A DNA stretch of 64,000 nt, from positions 35,084 through 99,083 of the forward strand of contig CAPQSW010000007.1 of NCBI GenBank assembly GCA_948688495.1. Reading direction: 5' to 3'. The position numbers were made by a program, and so were the translations under genes. This document shows positions 19,992 through 28,546 of the stretch, in pieces. A model generated the notes under the pieces. The model saw only the letters and a program-made list of their open reading frames with translations. It was not told the DNA's origin and made no database searches. The DNA comes from an uncultured Lachnospiraceae bacterium. GTDB lineage: Bacteria > Bacillota > Clostridia > Lachnospirales > Lachnospiraceae. Numbering within the stretch: position 1 is the stretch's first letter; every line of letters starts with the position of its first letter.

Positions 19992-20036
19992 TTGACAATT
20001 TACAAAAACTTTGCTATAGTGTAACAAATTTGTAAT
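19992..20036 (+). promoter_or_regulatory. SigA promoter plus WalR-type direct-repeat box
   Basis: TTGACA-N17-TATAGT with TG extension; TGTAAC-AAATT-TGTAAT at 20020-20036. Confidence 0.7.
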
Positions 20037-20106
20037 AATTTTAATAAATCTGCATAAAATAACATATAAAATTTTAACATGTTATTTTATCTTTCAGGAG
20101 GTCAAT

Positions 20107-21474
20107 ATGAAATTCGATAAGAAGGTTATGGAAAGCGGAGTTGTCGTAGCATTTACTATGGTTCTGGCATTTACAGCAGTGCCGGCAGCAGGTGTGTCAA
20201 CAGAGGCAGGAAAGGATAGCCGGACAGTAGAATTGGCAGCGGAGACAACGGAAAGAGATTTGGAGAATGTCATTGCAACAAAAATAAGGAGGCACAATGA
20301 AATAGTTGCGTCTTCTGTTGAAGAAGTACAGCCTGAGGACTCCAAACAAGAGAAGGCGGTAGAGAAGAAAGAAAACAAGTCCGAAGAACAGAAGTTAAAT
20401 AACGGAGAGGAAAAACAGTCTGAAGAACCGCAGTCTGATAATAAAGAGGCGGAAGTTAAGGCAGAGGATCAGCAGCCCGAAAACAAGGAAGAAAAACAGC
20501 AGACAAAAGACAAGCAGGATAAGCAGTCAGAGAATAAAGAAGCAGAAGGCAAGGCAGAGGAAGTTTCCCCCTGGGAAGATAAGCTGATGCCGGACGTAGA
20601 GGAATACCTGAATGTGCGTACAGAGGCTTCTGAAGATGCAGAGCCTGCAGGCAAGCTCCCAAAAGGTGCGGCTGCAGAAATTGTTGAGCGCGGAGAAGAA
20701 TGGACAAAGATTAGTTCTGGCAGCGTAGAAGGATATGTAAAAAATGAATTTTGTGTGACGGGCGTGGAGGCAGAGACACTTGCAAATGAAGTTGGGACAA
20801 CGTATGCAACTGCCACTACAGGCGGTGTACGTGTCAGAGAGACAGCTTCTGCAGAGGAGGATGTTACCATTCTTGATGTCCTTGAGGAAGGCGGCAAGAT
20901 TAAGGTTGATACGGAAGCCGAAGCGATAGAAGGCTGGGTATGTGTTAAGGTTAATGACAAAACCGGCTATGTCAGCGCAGATTATGTGGATGTAGAGTTA
21001 GAGCTTGGAAAAGCAATTTCTGTTGAGGAAGAGCGAGCAGCAATTGAGGCAGCAGAGGCTGAGAGAAAGGCAAAAGAGGCAGCACAGGCAAAGCAAAGCC
21101 AGGGCAGCAGCACACAGCAGAAAGCGCCGGCCGCTGCTTCGTATGATGATGTTACATTACTGGGAGCATTGATTCAGTGTGAAGCAGGCAGTGAGTGCTA
21201 TGAAGGCCAGGTAGCAGTTGGAGCAGTTGTTATGAACCGCGTCCGCGCAGGTTATGCTGGAAGCATCTCCGGCGTTATTTACCAGAGCGGCCAGTTTACA
21301 CCGGCAAGCAATGGTATGCTTGCAGGCGTGTTGGCGGGCGGCGTCAGTGGAAGCTGCATACAGGCGGCGCAGGAGGCAATTAACGGTGTGGACAATGTAG
21401 GCGGTGCGACAAGTTTCCGCAGCACATCCTCTGGTATGCCGGGACTTGTAATTGGAAATCATGTATTTTTCTAA
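20107..21474 (+). CDS. Secreted cell wall hydrolase (2x SH3b plus SleB/Hydrolase_2 domain)
   Basis: Signal peptide; 'LNVRTEAS...EWTKISSG..EGYV'; 'LIQCEAGSE..GQVAVGAVVMNRV...VIYQSGQF...IGNHVF'. Confidence 0.92.
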   Translation: MKFDKKVMESGVVVAFTMVLAFTAVPAAGVSTEAGKDSRTVELAAETTERDLENVIATKIRRHNEIVASSVEEVQPEDSKQEKAVEKKENKSEEQKLNNGEEKQSEEPQSDNKEAEVKAEDQQPENKEEKQQTKDKQDKQSENKEAEGKAEEVSPWEDKLMPDVEEYLNVRTEASEDAEPAGKLPKGAAAEIVERGEEWTKISSGSVEGYVKNEFCVTGVEAETLANEVGTTYATATTGGVRVRETASAEEDVTILDVLEEGGKIKVDTEAEAIEGWVCVKVNDKTGYVSADYVDVELELGKAISVEEERAAIEAAEAERKAKEAAQAKQSQGSSTQQKAPAAASYDDVTLLGALIQCEAGSECYEGQVAVGAVVMNRVRAGYAGSISGVIYQSGQFTPASNGMLAGVLAGGVSGSCIQAAQEAINGVDNVGGATSFRSTSSGMPGLVIGNHVFF

Positions 21475-21494
21475 ACTCTGTATAATTTAATGGC

Positions 21495-21664
21495 AAACAT
21501 AAGGAGCTGTCTGTTGACAGCTCCTTAGTGTTATTTTGTAATCTGTTCCTGCAGCTAATGTCTTCGCCGTAGACCTCATTGCCGCTGACAGCTTTTAATT
21601 CTGTGGATGCCTGCCCCGTTTCCGCGAGGGTTAACGGGGACTCTTTGTTCTGTTGGAACAATAA
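21495..21664 (-). ncRNA. Candidate structured small RNA, family not recognised
   Basis: GC-rich multi-stem intergenic island with closing stem TGTTCC/GGAACA, G-U pairs favouring the - strand, upstream TACAAT and downstream terminator. Confidence 0.55.
21500..21527. terminator. Intrinsic terminator, probably bidirectional
   Basis: TAAGGAGCTGTC-TGTT-GACAGCTCCTTA, T-rich flanks on both strands. Confidence 0.85.
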
Positions 21665-21721
21665 GTTAATATTGTAATTTGGGAAAAGATATAGTAAGAT
21701 AGCAATAAGGAGGCGAACTTT

Positions 21722-22153
21722 ATGGATGGAGTTTTCTGGTTATTTATAGTTGTTGTAATGGCGATCATAGAGATTATTACATTGGGTCTGACCACAATCT
21801 GGTTTGCTGCGGGAGCGCTGGTTGCCTTTATTGCAAGTATAATGGGAGCCAATCTTGTCGTACAGATTGTACTGTTTGTTGCGGTGTCAGTGGTTTTAAT
21901 GGCAGTGACAAGGCCTTTGGCGGTAAGATTTCTCAATAAGGGCAGGGAGGCTACCAATGCAGAAAGTCTGATTGGCAGGCAGGCTGTGGTAAAGCAGGAG
22001 ATTGATAATCTGAATGCCCGGGGAATGGTCAGTGTGAATGGACAGGAATGGACAGCGCGCGCTTCTGAAGATAAAATTATCCCGCAGGGTGCAACTGTGG
22101 AGATTATGGAGATCAGCGGTGTCAAGCTGCTGGTTAAGGAAAATGCACAATAA
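21722..22153 (+). CDS. NfeD family (short, OB-fold) membrane protein
   Basis: Hydrophobic N-half; 'GMVSVNGQEWTARA'; paired with an SPFH gene. Confidence 0.9.
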   Translation: MDGVFWLFIVVVMAIIEIITLGLTTIWFAAGALVAFIASIMGANLVVQIVLFVAVSVVLMAVTRPLAVRFLNKGREATNAESLIGRQAVVKQEIDNLNARGMVSVNGQEWTARASEDKIIPQGATVEIMEISGVKLLVKENAQ

Positions 22154-22162
22154 ACTTATTAT

Positions 22163-23113
22163 ATGGAGGAAAGACATATGACAGGAGGAATAGAATTTTT
22201 AATTGTTATTGCGTTTATAATTTTAGTGCTGATACTGCTGGCATCCTGCATTAAGATTGTGCCTCAGGCACATGCGCTTGTCATTGAGCGTTTAGGCGCT
22301 TATCAGGGTACCTGGGGCGTGGGACTTCATTTTAAAGTACCGTTTCTTGATAAGGTGGCGAAACGTGTGATTTTGAAGGAGCAGGTAGTTGATTTTGCAC
22401 CGCAGCCTGTGATTACCAAAGATAATGTAACCATGCGGATTGATACTGTGGTATATTTCCAGATTACAGATCCTAAATTATTTGCGTATGGTGTAGAACG
22501 TCCGATCATGGCTATTGAGAATCTGACAGCTACAACGCTGCGTAATATTATTGGTGATTTGGAGCTGGATGAGACGCTCACTTCCAGAGAACTGATCAAT
22601 ACAAAGATGCGGGCATCACTGGATGTGGCAACCGATCCCTGGGGGATTAAGGTAAACCGTGTGGAATTAAAGAACATTATCCCGCCGCAGCAGATTCAGG
22701 ATGCTATGGAGAAGCAGGCGAAGGCAGAACGTGAGCGGCGTGCCGCTGTAACCCAGGCAGAGGGTGAGAAGACGGCTACGGTTCTGGTTGCAGAAGGTAA
22801 GAAGGAATCTGCAATCCTGGACGCAGAGGCGGAGAAACAGGCGGCGATCCTGCGCGCGGAAGCGAAAAAGGAAGCAACCATGCGGGAGGCGGAAGGTCAG
22901 GCAGAGGCAATCCTGCGTATCCAGCAGGCAAATGCAGATGGTCTGCGTTTCTTGAAGGAAGCGGCGCCGGATAGCGCTGTCTTACAGTTAAAGAGCCTGG
23001 AAGCATTTGCCAAGGCGGCAGACGGTCAGGCGACCAAGATTATCATTCCTTCTGATATTCAGGGGGTTGCAGGACTTACCAAGAGCATTGCAGAGATTGC
23101 AAAGGAGCTCTAA
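22163..23113 (+). CDS. SPFH/band 7 (stomatin-like) protein
   Basis: 'VITKDNVTMRIDTVVYFQITDP', 'DPWGIKVNRVELKNI', 'AERERRA'. Confidence 0.95.
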   Translation: MEERHMTGGIEFLIVIAFIILVLILLASCIKIVPQAHALVIERLGAYQGTWGVGLHFKVPFLDKVAKRVILKEQVVDFAPQPVITKDNVTMRIDTVVYFQITDPKLFAYGVERPIMAIENLTATTLRNIIGDLELDETLTSRELINTKMRASLDVATDPWGIKVNRVELKNIIPPQQIQDAMEKQAKAERERRAAVTQAEGEKTATVLVAEGKKESAILDAEAEKQAAILRAEAKKEATMREAEGQAEAILRIQQANADGLRFLKEAAPDSAVLQLKSLEAFAKAADGQATKIIIPSDIQGVAGLTKSIAEIAKEL

Positions 23114-23151
23114 GAGTAATAGAAAAGATTCGGTTAGGGTGTGAATAAAAG

Positions 23152-23181
23152 CGGACTGTCCGACAATACGACAGTCCGTTA
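23152..23181 (+). terminator. Hairpin after nfeD-SPFH
   Basis: CGGACTGTC-N9-GACAGTCCG-TT. Confidence 0.55.
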
Positions 23182-23221
23182 ACATTTTAACGCATACTTT
23201 GTGAAATTAGGAGAGAGAATC

Positions 23222-24208
23222 ATGAACTTACGAGGAAGAAATTTTTTAAAATTAAAGGATTTTACGCCAGAGGAGATTAAGTATCTGATAGATCTTTCGG
23301 CAGAGTTAAAACACAAGAAAAAGCAGGGAATTATGCATGATGAGTTAAAAGGAAAGAACATTGTGCTGATTTTTGAAAAGACAAGTACCCGGACACGCTG
23401 CTCTTTTGAGGTGGCCGCACACGATCTTGGCATGCATGTGACATATCTCGACCCGTCGGGCTCTCAGATTGGAAACAAAGAGAGCATTCGTGATACAGCA
23501 AGAGTATTGGGAAGGATGTATGATGGTATTGAGTACCGGGGGTACGGACAGGATATTGTGGAGGAACTTGCCGCATATGCAGGGGTTCCAGTTTGGAATG
23601 GACTTACAAATGAATTTCATCCCACGCAGATGATAGCGGATATGCTTACTGTCAAAGAGAAGATTGGGCATTTCGAGGGCGTGAAATTTGTATATATGGG
23701 AGATGCCCGGTACAATATGGGAAATTCCCTTATGGTGACATGTGCGAAGCTGGGAATGGATTTTGTGGCATGTACCAGCAGAGCATATTTCCCGGAACAG
23801 GATTTGGTGGATTACTGCAGGGAGATTGCCAGGGAGAACAAAGGAAGCATCACACTGACAGAGGATGTGTCAGAGGGGACAAAAGATGCGGATGTAATTT
23901 ATACAGATGTATGGGTTTCTATGGGTGAGCCGGACGAAGTCTGGGCGAGCCGCATCAAAGAATTAATGCCCTATCAGGTTAACCAGAAGGTTATGGAGAA
24001 CGCCAGTAAGACAGCTATTTTCATGCACTGCCTTCCGGCCTTCCATGATTTGGAGACAACGATTGGCAAAGAAATATATGAGAAATTTGGTTTGATGGAA
24101 ATGGAGGTCACGAACGAGGTGTTTGAGAGCAGCAGGTCCGTGGTATTTGATGAAGCGGAAAACAGAATGCATAGCATTAAGGCTATTATGTATGCAACGC
24201 TTAGATAG
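23222..24208 (+). CDS. argF: Ornithine carbamoyltransferase
   Basis: 'STRTRCSFE', 'HPTQ', 'YTDVWVSMG', 'HCLPAFH'. Confidence 0.95.
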   Translation: MNLRGRNFLKLKDFTPEEIKYLIDLSAELKHKKKQGIMHDELKGKNIVLIFEKTSTRTRCSFEVAAHDLGMHVTYLDPSGSQIGNKESIRDTARVLGRMYDGIEYRGYGQDIVEELAAYAGVPVWNGLTNEFHPTQMIADMLTVKEKIGHFEGVKFVYMGDARYNMGNSLMVTCAKLGMDFVACTSRAYFPEQDLVDYCREIARENKGSITLTEDVSEGTKDADVIYTDVWVSMGEPDEVWASRIKELMPYQVNQKVMENASKTAIFMHCLPAFHDLETTIGKEIYEKFGLMEMEVTNEVFESSRSVVFDEAENRMHSIKAIMYATLR

Positions 24209-24216
24209 GGGCGAGA

Positions 24217-25221
24217 ATGAAGACAAGGATTTTACAGGTATTGAGGCAGAATCAGGGAGAGTATGTTTCGGGGCAGGAACTGTGTGAATGGTTTGGTGTA
24301 TCCCGCACTGCCGTGTGGAAAGCCATTAAGCAGCTCAAAGAAGCAGGATATGAGATTGTGGCTGTCCGAAACAGGGGTTACCGCCTGGCGGCTGTACCGG
24401 ACATATTATCGCAGAGCGAGATAGCAAGCCAGTTACAGACAAAATGGCTGGGGCATGATATCCGTTATCTTGAGGAAGTGGATTCTACGAATGCAGCAGC
24501 AAAGCGGATTGCAGAGACAAGCAACGGTATGGACTGGCACGGCATTGCAATAGTAGCCGGTAAACAGACTGCTGGCAGGGGGCGCCGGGGAAGGACATGG
24601 AGTTCACCACAAGGGACAGGGCTGTTTTTTTCGATACTGCTTAAGCCTGAAATTGATCCTAATAACGCATCTATGCTGACGCTGGTTATGGGTATGGCGA
24701 CGGTGAAGGGAATTGCTGAGATAACGGGTCTTCATCCGCGGATTAAGTGGCCGAATGACGTTGTTCTCAATGGAAAAAAGATTGTTGGAATATTAACGGA
24801 AATGAGCGCCCAGATTGATTACGTTAATCATATTGTTGTTGGGACTGGGATCAATGTGTCTCAGACAAGGTTTCCAGAAGAAATTGCAGATACCGCAACG
24901 TCTCTCAAGCTGGAGCTTCAGGAGGCAGGGAGAGATATGTCGGTTTCCAGAGCGCAGCTCTTAGGTGCGGTATTGATGAATTTTGAATATTACTATGAAA
25001 TCTATTTGAAAACCCAGGATATGTCGGGGCTGATGGAAGAGTATGGTGCAATGCTTGCCAATTGTGGAAAATCTGTCCGTGTGCTGGATCCTCTGGGAGA
25101 ATATGAGGGTACAGCGCTGGGTATTAATGATAGAGGAGAACTTCTGGTTGACAGAGGCGGCGAGATAAGCAGGGTTTCCTCCGGTGAAGTATCTGTGCGG
25201 GGGATTTACGGATATGTGTAA
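24217..25221 (+). CDS. birA: Bifunctional biotin ligase/repressor BirA
   Basis: N-term HTH 'VSRTAVWKAI'; 'QTAGRGRRGR.W', 'KWPND'. Confidence 0.95.
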   Translation: MKTRILQVLRQNQGEYVSGQELCEWFGVSRTAVWKAIKQLKEAGYEIVAVRNRGYRLAAVPDILSQSEIASQLQTKWLGHDIRYLEEVDSTNAAAKRIAETSNGMDWHGIAIVAGKQTAGRGRRGRTWSSPQGTGLFFSILLKPEIDPNNASMLTLVMGMATVKGIAEITGLHPRIKWPNDVVLNGKKIVGILTEMSAQIDYVNHIVVGTGINVSQTRFPEEIADTATSLKLELQEAGRDMSVSRAQLLGAVLMNFEYYYEIYLKTQDMSGLMEEYGAMLANCGKSVRVLDPLGEYEGTALGINDRGELLVDRGGEISRVSSGEVSVRGIYGYV

Positions 25222-25286
25222 TTTTGTGTGCAATCTGGAGATTTGCAATTGCCGGATAAGATTCTGATGATAGAAAGGAGTCAGGA

Positions 25287-25613
25287 ATGGATAACGGCGG
25301 TACAGTGCTATGTGCATCCAGCGCATATACGAAAAAATATTATTTGAATGAAGATTTTGAATCCCTTCCAGAAGCAATTCGGGATGAATTAAAGATTATG
25401 TGCGTGCTTTATACGGAGGATGTTGGCGGGACACTGAAACTTTTATTTGATGAGGAAGGCAGACTTAAGCTTCAGCCAGCCTGTGATGAGGGAGACCTTC
25501 TCTATGATGATATAGGCAGTGTGTTGAAAATCAAGCAGCTTCAGCAGACGAAGCAGGAGCTGTTTGAATCTTTGGAGCTATATTATAAAATTTTTATTCT
25601 TGGAGAGGATTGA
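25287..25613 (+). CDS. DUF6145-like conserved hypothetical protein
   Basis: 'LCASSAYTKKYYLNEDF..LP..IRDELKIMCVLYTEDVGG'; good RBS. Confidence 0.65.
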   Translation: MDNGGTVLCASSAYTKKYYLNEDFESLPEAIRDELKIMCVLYTEDVGGTLKLLFDEEGRLKLQPACDEGDLLYDDIGSVLKIKQLQQTKQELFESLELYYKIFILGED

Positions 25614-25616
25614 GAT

Positions 25617-26387
25617 ATGTTACTAGTTGTAGATGTGGGGAATACAAACTTTACATTTGGAATTTTTGACGGAGAGGTGCTTGAGGCAACTTTCCGCATG
25701 ACAACAAAATTGCAGCGGACCTCGGACGAGTATGGCGTCTGCATGCGGGATTTGCTGGCGCACAATGGGATTTCCTATGAAAGCATTAAAGATGTAATCA
25801 TAGCGTCCGTAGTGCCCAATGTGATGCATTCGCTTCTCAGCGCATTTATCAAATACTTTGGGATTCATCCGGTAGTGGTAGAACCAGGGATTAAGACGGG
25901 TATTCGTATAGCTACAGAGAATCCAAGGCAGATTGGAGCGGACCGTATTGTAGATGCAGCGGCGGCTTATGAATTATATGGAGGGCCCGTGTTTGTGATT
26001 GATTTTGGAACCGGGACAACGTATGACCTGGTGGACGAAACCGGGGCATTTGTCTCAGGCGTGACTGCGCCGGGTATCCGCACTTCCGCAAAAGCATTGT
26101 GGGAGGATGCGGCCAAGCTTCCGGAGATTGAAATCCGCAAGCCGGGAAGCATTCTGGCGAAAGAGACGATCAGCAGTATGCAGGCAGGGCTGATTTACGG
26201 ACAAATTGGACAGACAGAATATATCATCCGCCAGACGAAAAAGGAGACCGGCTATGCAGACCTTAAAGTAGTGGCAACGGGCGGATTGGGGACAATCATT
26301 GCGGATGAAACGGATACCATTGATATTTATGACCCTACACTGACGCTGCAAGGGCTGCGGTTAATCTATAATAAGCAGAATCGGTAG
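25617..26387 (+). CDS. coaX: Type III pantothenate kinase
   Basis: 'DVGNT', 'IGADR', 'IDFGT', 'VATGGLG'. Confidence 0.95.
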   Translation: MLLVVDVGNTNFTFGIFDGEVLEATFRMTTKLQRTSDEYGVCMRDLLAHNGISYESIKDVIIASVVPNVMHSLLSAFIKYFGIHPVVVEPGIKTGIRIATENPRQIGADRIVDAAAAYELYGGPVFVIDFGTGTTYDLVDETGAFVSGVTAPGIRTSAKALWEDAAKLPEIEIRKPGSILAKETISSMQAGLIYGQIGQTEYIIRQTKKETGYADLKVVATGGLGTIIADETDTIDIYDPTLTLQGLRLIYNKQNR

Positions 26388-26391
26388 ACAA

Positions 26392-27363
26392 ATGGAAAGA
26401 TTGAAAATTGGAAATGTAATTCTAAAAAATAATTTAATTCTGGCGCCAATGGCAGGGGTTTGCGACCTGCCATTTCGTGTGCTCTGCAAGGAACAGGGGG
26501 CAGGGCTTCTTGGCATGGAGATGGTAAGCGCCAAGGGGATTTATTATAATAACAAGAATACGGAAATACTTTTGGCCACCGTGCCAGAGGAACGGCCGGT
26601 TTCCCTGCAGCTTTTTGGTGCAGATGCAGATATTATGAGCGAGATGGCGAAACGGATAGAAGAACGTCCCTTTGACATATTGGATATCAATATGGGATGT
26701 CCGGTGCCTAAAGTGGTAAATAACGGAGAGGGATCTGCCCTTATGAAGCAGCCGAAGCTGGCGTACGAAATTGTTTCTAAGATTGTAAAGGCAGTGAGGA
26801 AACCGGTGACCGTGAAAATCCGCAAGGGTTTTGACGAAGCACATGTCAATGCCGTCCAGATTGCAAAGATTGCAGAGGCGGCTGGAGCGGCTGCGGTGGC
26901 GGTCCATGGGCGGACAAGGGAACAATATTATTCCGGCAGGGCAGATTGGGATATTATTCGCCAGGTCAAAGAGGCGGTATCTATTCCTGTCATTGGAAAT
27001 GGAGACATTTTAACAGCACAGGATGTAATAGAGATGAAAACGCGGACAGGCTGTGATGGTTTTATGATTGGCAGGGGGGCGCAGGGAAATCCATGGATTT
27101 TTGGACAGATTCTGCATTATTTTGAAACTGGGGAGGAGATGGCAAAGCCGGATATACGGGAGGTCGCAGACATGGTGCTGCGCCATGCCAGGGCACAGAT
27201 TGCATTTAAGGGCGAGACTATGGGAATCCGTGAAATGCGTAAACATGCGGCATGGTACACCAGCGGCTATAAAAATTCAGCAAAGCTCAGGGGGAAAATC
27301 AATGAGGTAGAAACCTATGAGCAGTTGGAGGAATTGTTTCTTGGCATATCAGAAATAGCATAA
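26392..27363 (+). CDS. dusB: tRNA-dihydrouridine synthase DusB
   Basis: 'LAPMAG', 'DINMGCP', 'VHGRT', 'IGNGDI'. Confidence 0.95.
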   Translation: MERLKIGNVILKNNLILAPMAGVCDLPFRVLCKEQGAGLLGMEMVSAKGIYYNNKNTEILLATVPEERPVSLQLFGADADIMSEMAKRIEERPFDILDINMGCPVPKVVNNGEGSALMKQPKLAYEIVSKIVKAVRKPVTVKIRKGFDEAHVNAVQIAKIAEAAGAAAVAVHGRTREQYYSGRADWDIIRQVKEAVSIPVIGNGDILTAQDVIEMKTRTGCDGFMIGRGAQGNPWIFGQILHYFETGEEMAKPDIREVADMVLRHARAQIAFKGETMGIREMRKHAAWYTSGYKNSAKLRGKINEVETYEQLEELFLGISEIA

Positions 27364-27386
27364 CCCTTTTTTGGATTTCATATATT
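27358..27386 (+). promoter_or_regulatory. Possible sporulation sigma (SigE-like) promoter
   Basis: GCATA-N16-CATATATT just upstream of the hypothetical gene. Confidence 0.4.
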
Positions 27387-27401
27387 GAAAAAACTGTATT
27401 T

Positions 27402-28016
27402 ATGAGGCGTGTAATGAGGAGACAAAAGGGGACAGAAGACAGGGAACACGGCAGGAAATCCTGGTTTATGCGGTTAACAGAATTTTTTTATAAAAGGAGT
27501 ACGGCCCAGGAAGATTTGGGGGAGGCTAAAGAGGAAGCGGCTTATCCCAGGGAAAACCCTTATCTGCATAAACTGCGCGGTATTCTGGAACAGATTCTTT
27601 CCCGCTATCAGCTGTCCTACCGGGAGTTTCGTCCGTTGTTAATTGATACGGATACGCCGCCGGAATCCATGTTGGATGAGGACCAGGTGGAAATTGTGTT
27701 GGAGCAGATTTCACAGGATTTAAATTTTCTTCGGATTGTTACGGACCGTCCTGTATATTTTGAGGAGTATATTCAAAGAATGTATGAGGATAATGGTCTG
27801 GTTGTTCAGGTATGCCCCAGGGGAGGAGAATATTTGACGGATGTCAATGTTATTCTGGATATGGAGCAGAAAGGGGAGTGTCCGCTGAAGCATATGAGAG
27901 AGGATATGCTTTATATTCCGGTGTATAAGCGGGAGTGGCGTCAGGTTGAAAATATGGGGAATCTTGACATTTCCATACCTATCGGTTATAATACTGTGAT
28001 TGTTAAAGGAGTGTAA
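27402..28016 (+). CDS. Hypothetical protein
   Basis: 204-codon ORF filling the dusB-greA gap; exact start uncertain. Confidence 0.65.
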   Translation: MRRVMRRQKGTEDREHGRKSWFMRLTEFFYKRSTAQEDLGEAKEEAAYPRENPYLHKLRGILEQILSRYQLSYREFRPLLIDTDTPPESMLDEDQVEIVLEQISQDLNFLRIVTDRPVYFEEYIQRMYEDNGLVVQVCPRGGEYLTDVNVILDMEQKGECPLKHMREDMLYIPVYKREWRQVENMGNLDISIPIGYNTVIVKGV

Positions 28017-28054
28017 GAATCCTTTTATCATGTAAGTTAGGAAGGTGTAGTATT

Positions 28055-28534
28055 ATGGAAAAGAAAAATTTGTTGACTTATGAAGGCCTGCAGAAGCTGG
28101 AGACGGAATTGCATGACCTCAAAGTAGTAAAAAGAAAAGAAGTTTCTCAGAAGATAAAGGAAGCAAGGGAACAGGGGGATCTTTCTGAGAATGCGGAGTA
28201 TGACGCTGCAAAGGACGAGCAGCGCGACATAGAAGCAAGGATAGAAGAAATTGAGAAAATTCTCAAGAACGCAGAGGTTGTAGTAGAAGATGAAGTGGAT
28301 CTTGATAAAATCAATGTAGGATGTAAGGTTCGGATTTTGGACTGCGAATTTGACGAAGAATTAGAATATAAAATTGTGGGATCTACCGAGGCAAGCAGCC
28401 TTCAGGGAAAGATTTCAAATGAATCCCCGGTAGGAAAGGCACTGATAGGGGCAAAAGTAGGGGATACCGTATCTATTGAGACACAGGCAGGAGTTATACA
28501 GTATAAAGTATTAGGAATCCAGCGTTCCAACTAG
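28055..28534 (+). CDS. greA: Transcription elongation factor GreA
   Basis: 'GDLSENAEYDAAK', 'ISNESPVGKAL'. Confidence 0.97.
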   Translation: MEKKNLLTYEGLQKLETELHDLKVVKRKEVSQKIKEAREQGDLSENAEYDAAKDEQRDIEARIEEIEKILKNAEVVVEDEVDLDKINVGCKVRILDCEFDEELEYKIVGSTEASSLQGKISNESPVGKALIGAKVGDTVSIETQAGVIQYKVLGIQRSN

Positions 28535-28546
28535 GAGGAAAAGAAG

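Noticed and set aside
21540..21660. Assignment as 6S RNA, c-di-AMP/c-di-GMP riboswitch, glmS or HDV-like ribozyme
   Set aside because: Diagnostic conserved motifs and topologies not found by eye, and no downstream gene on the favoured strand
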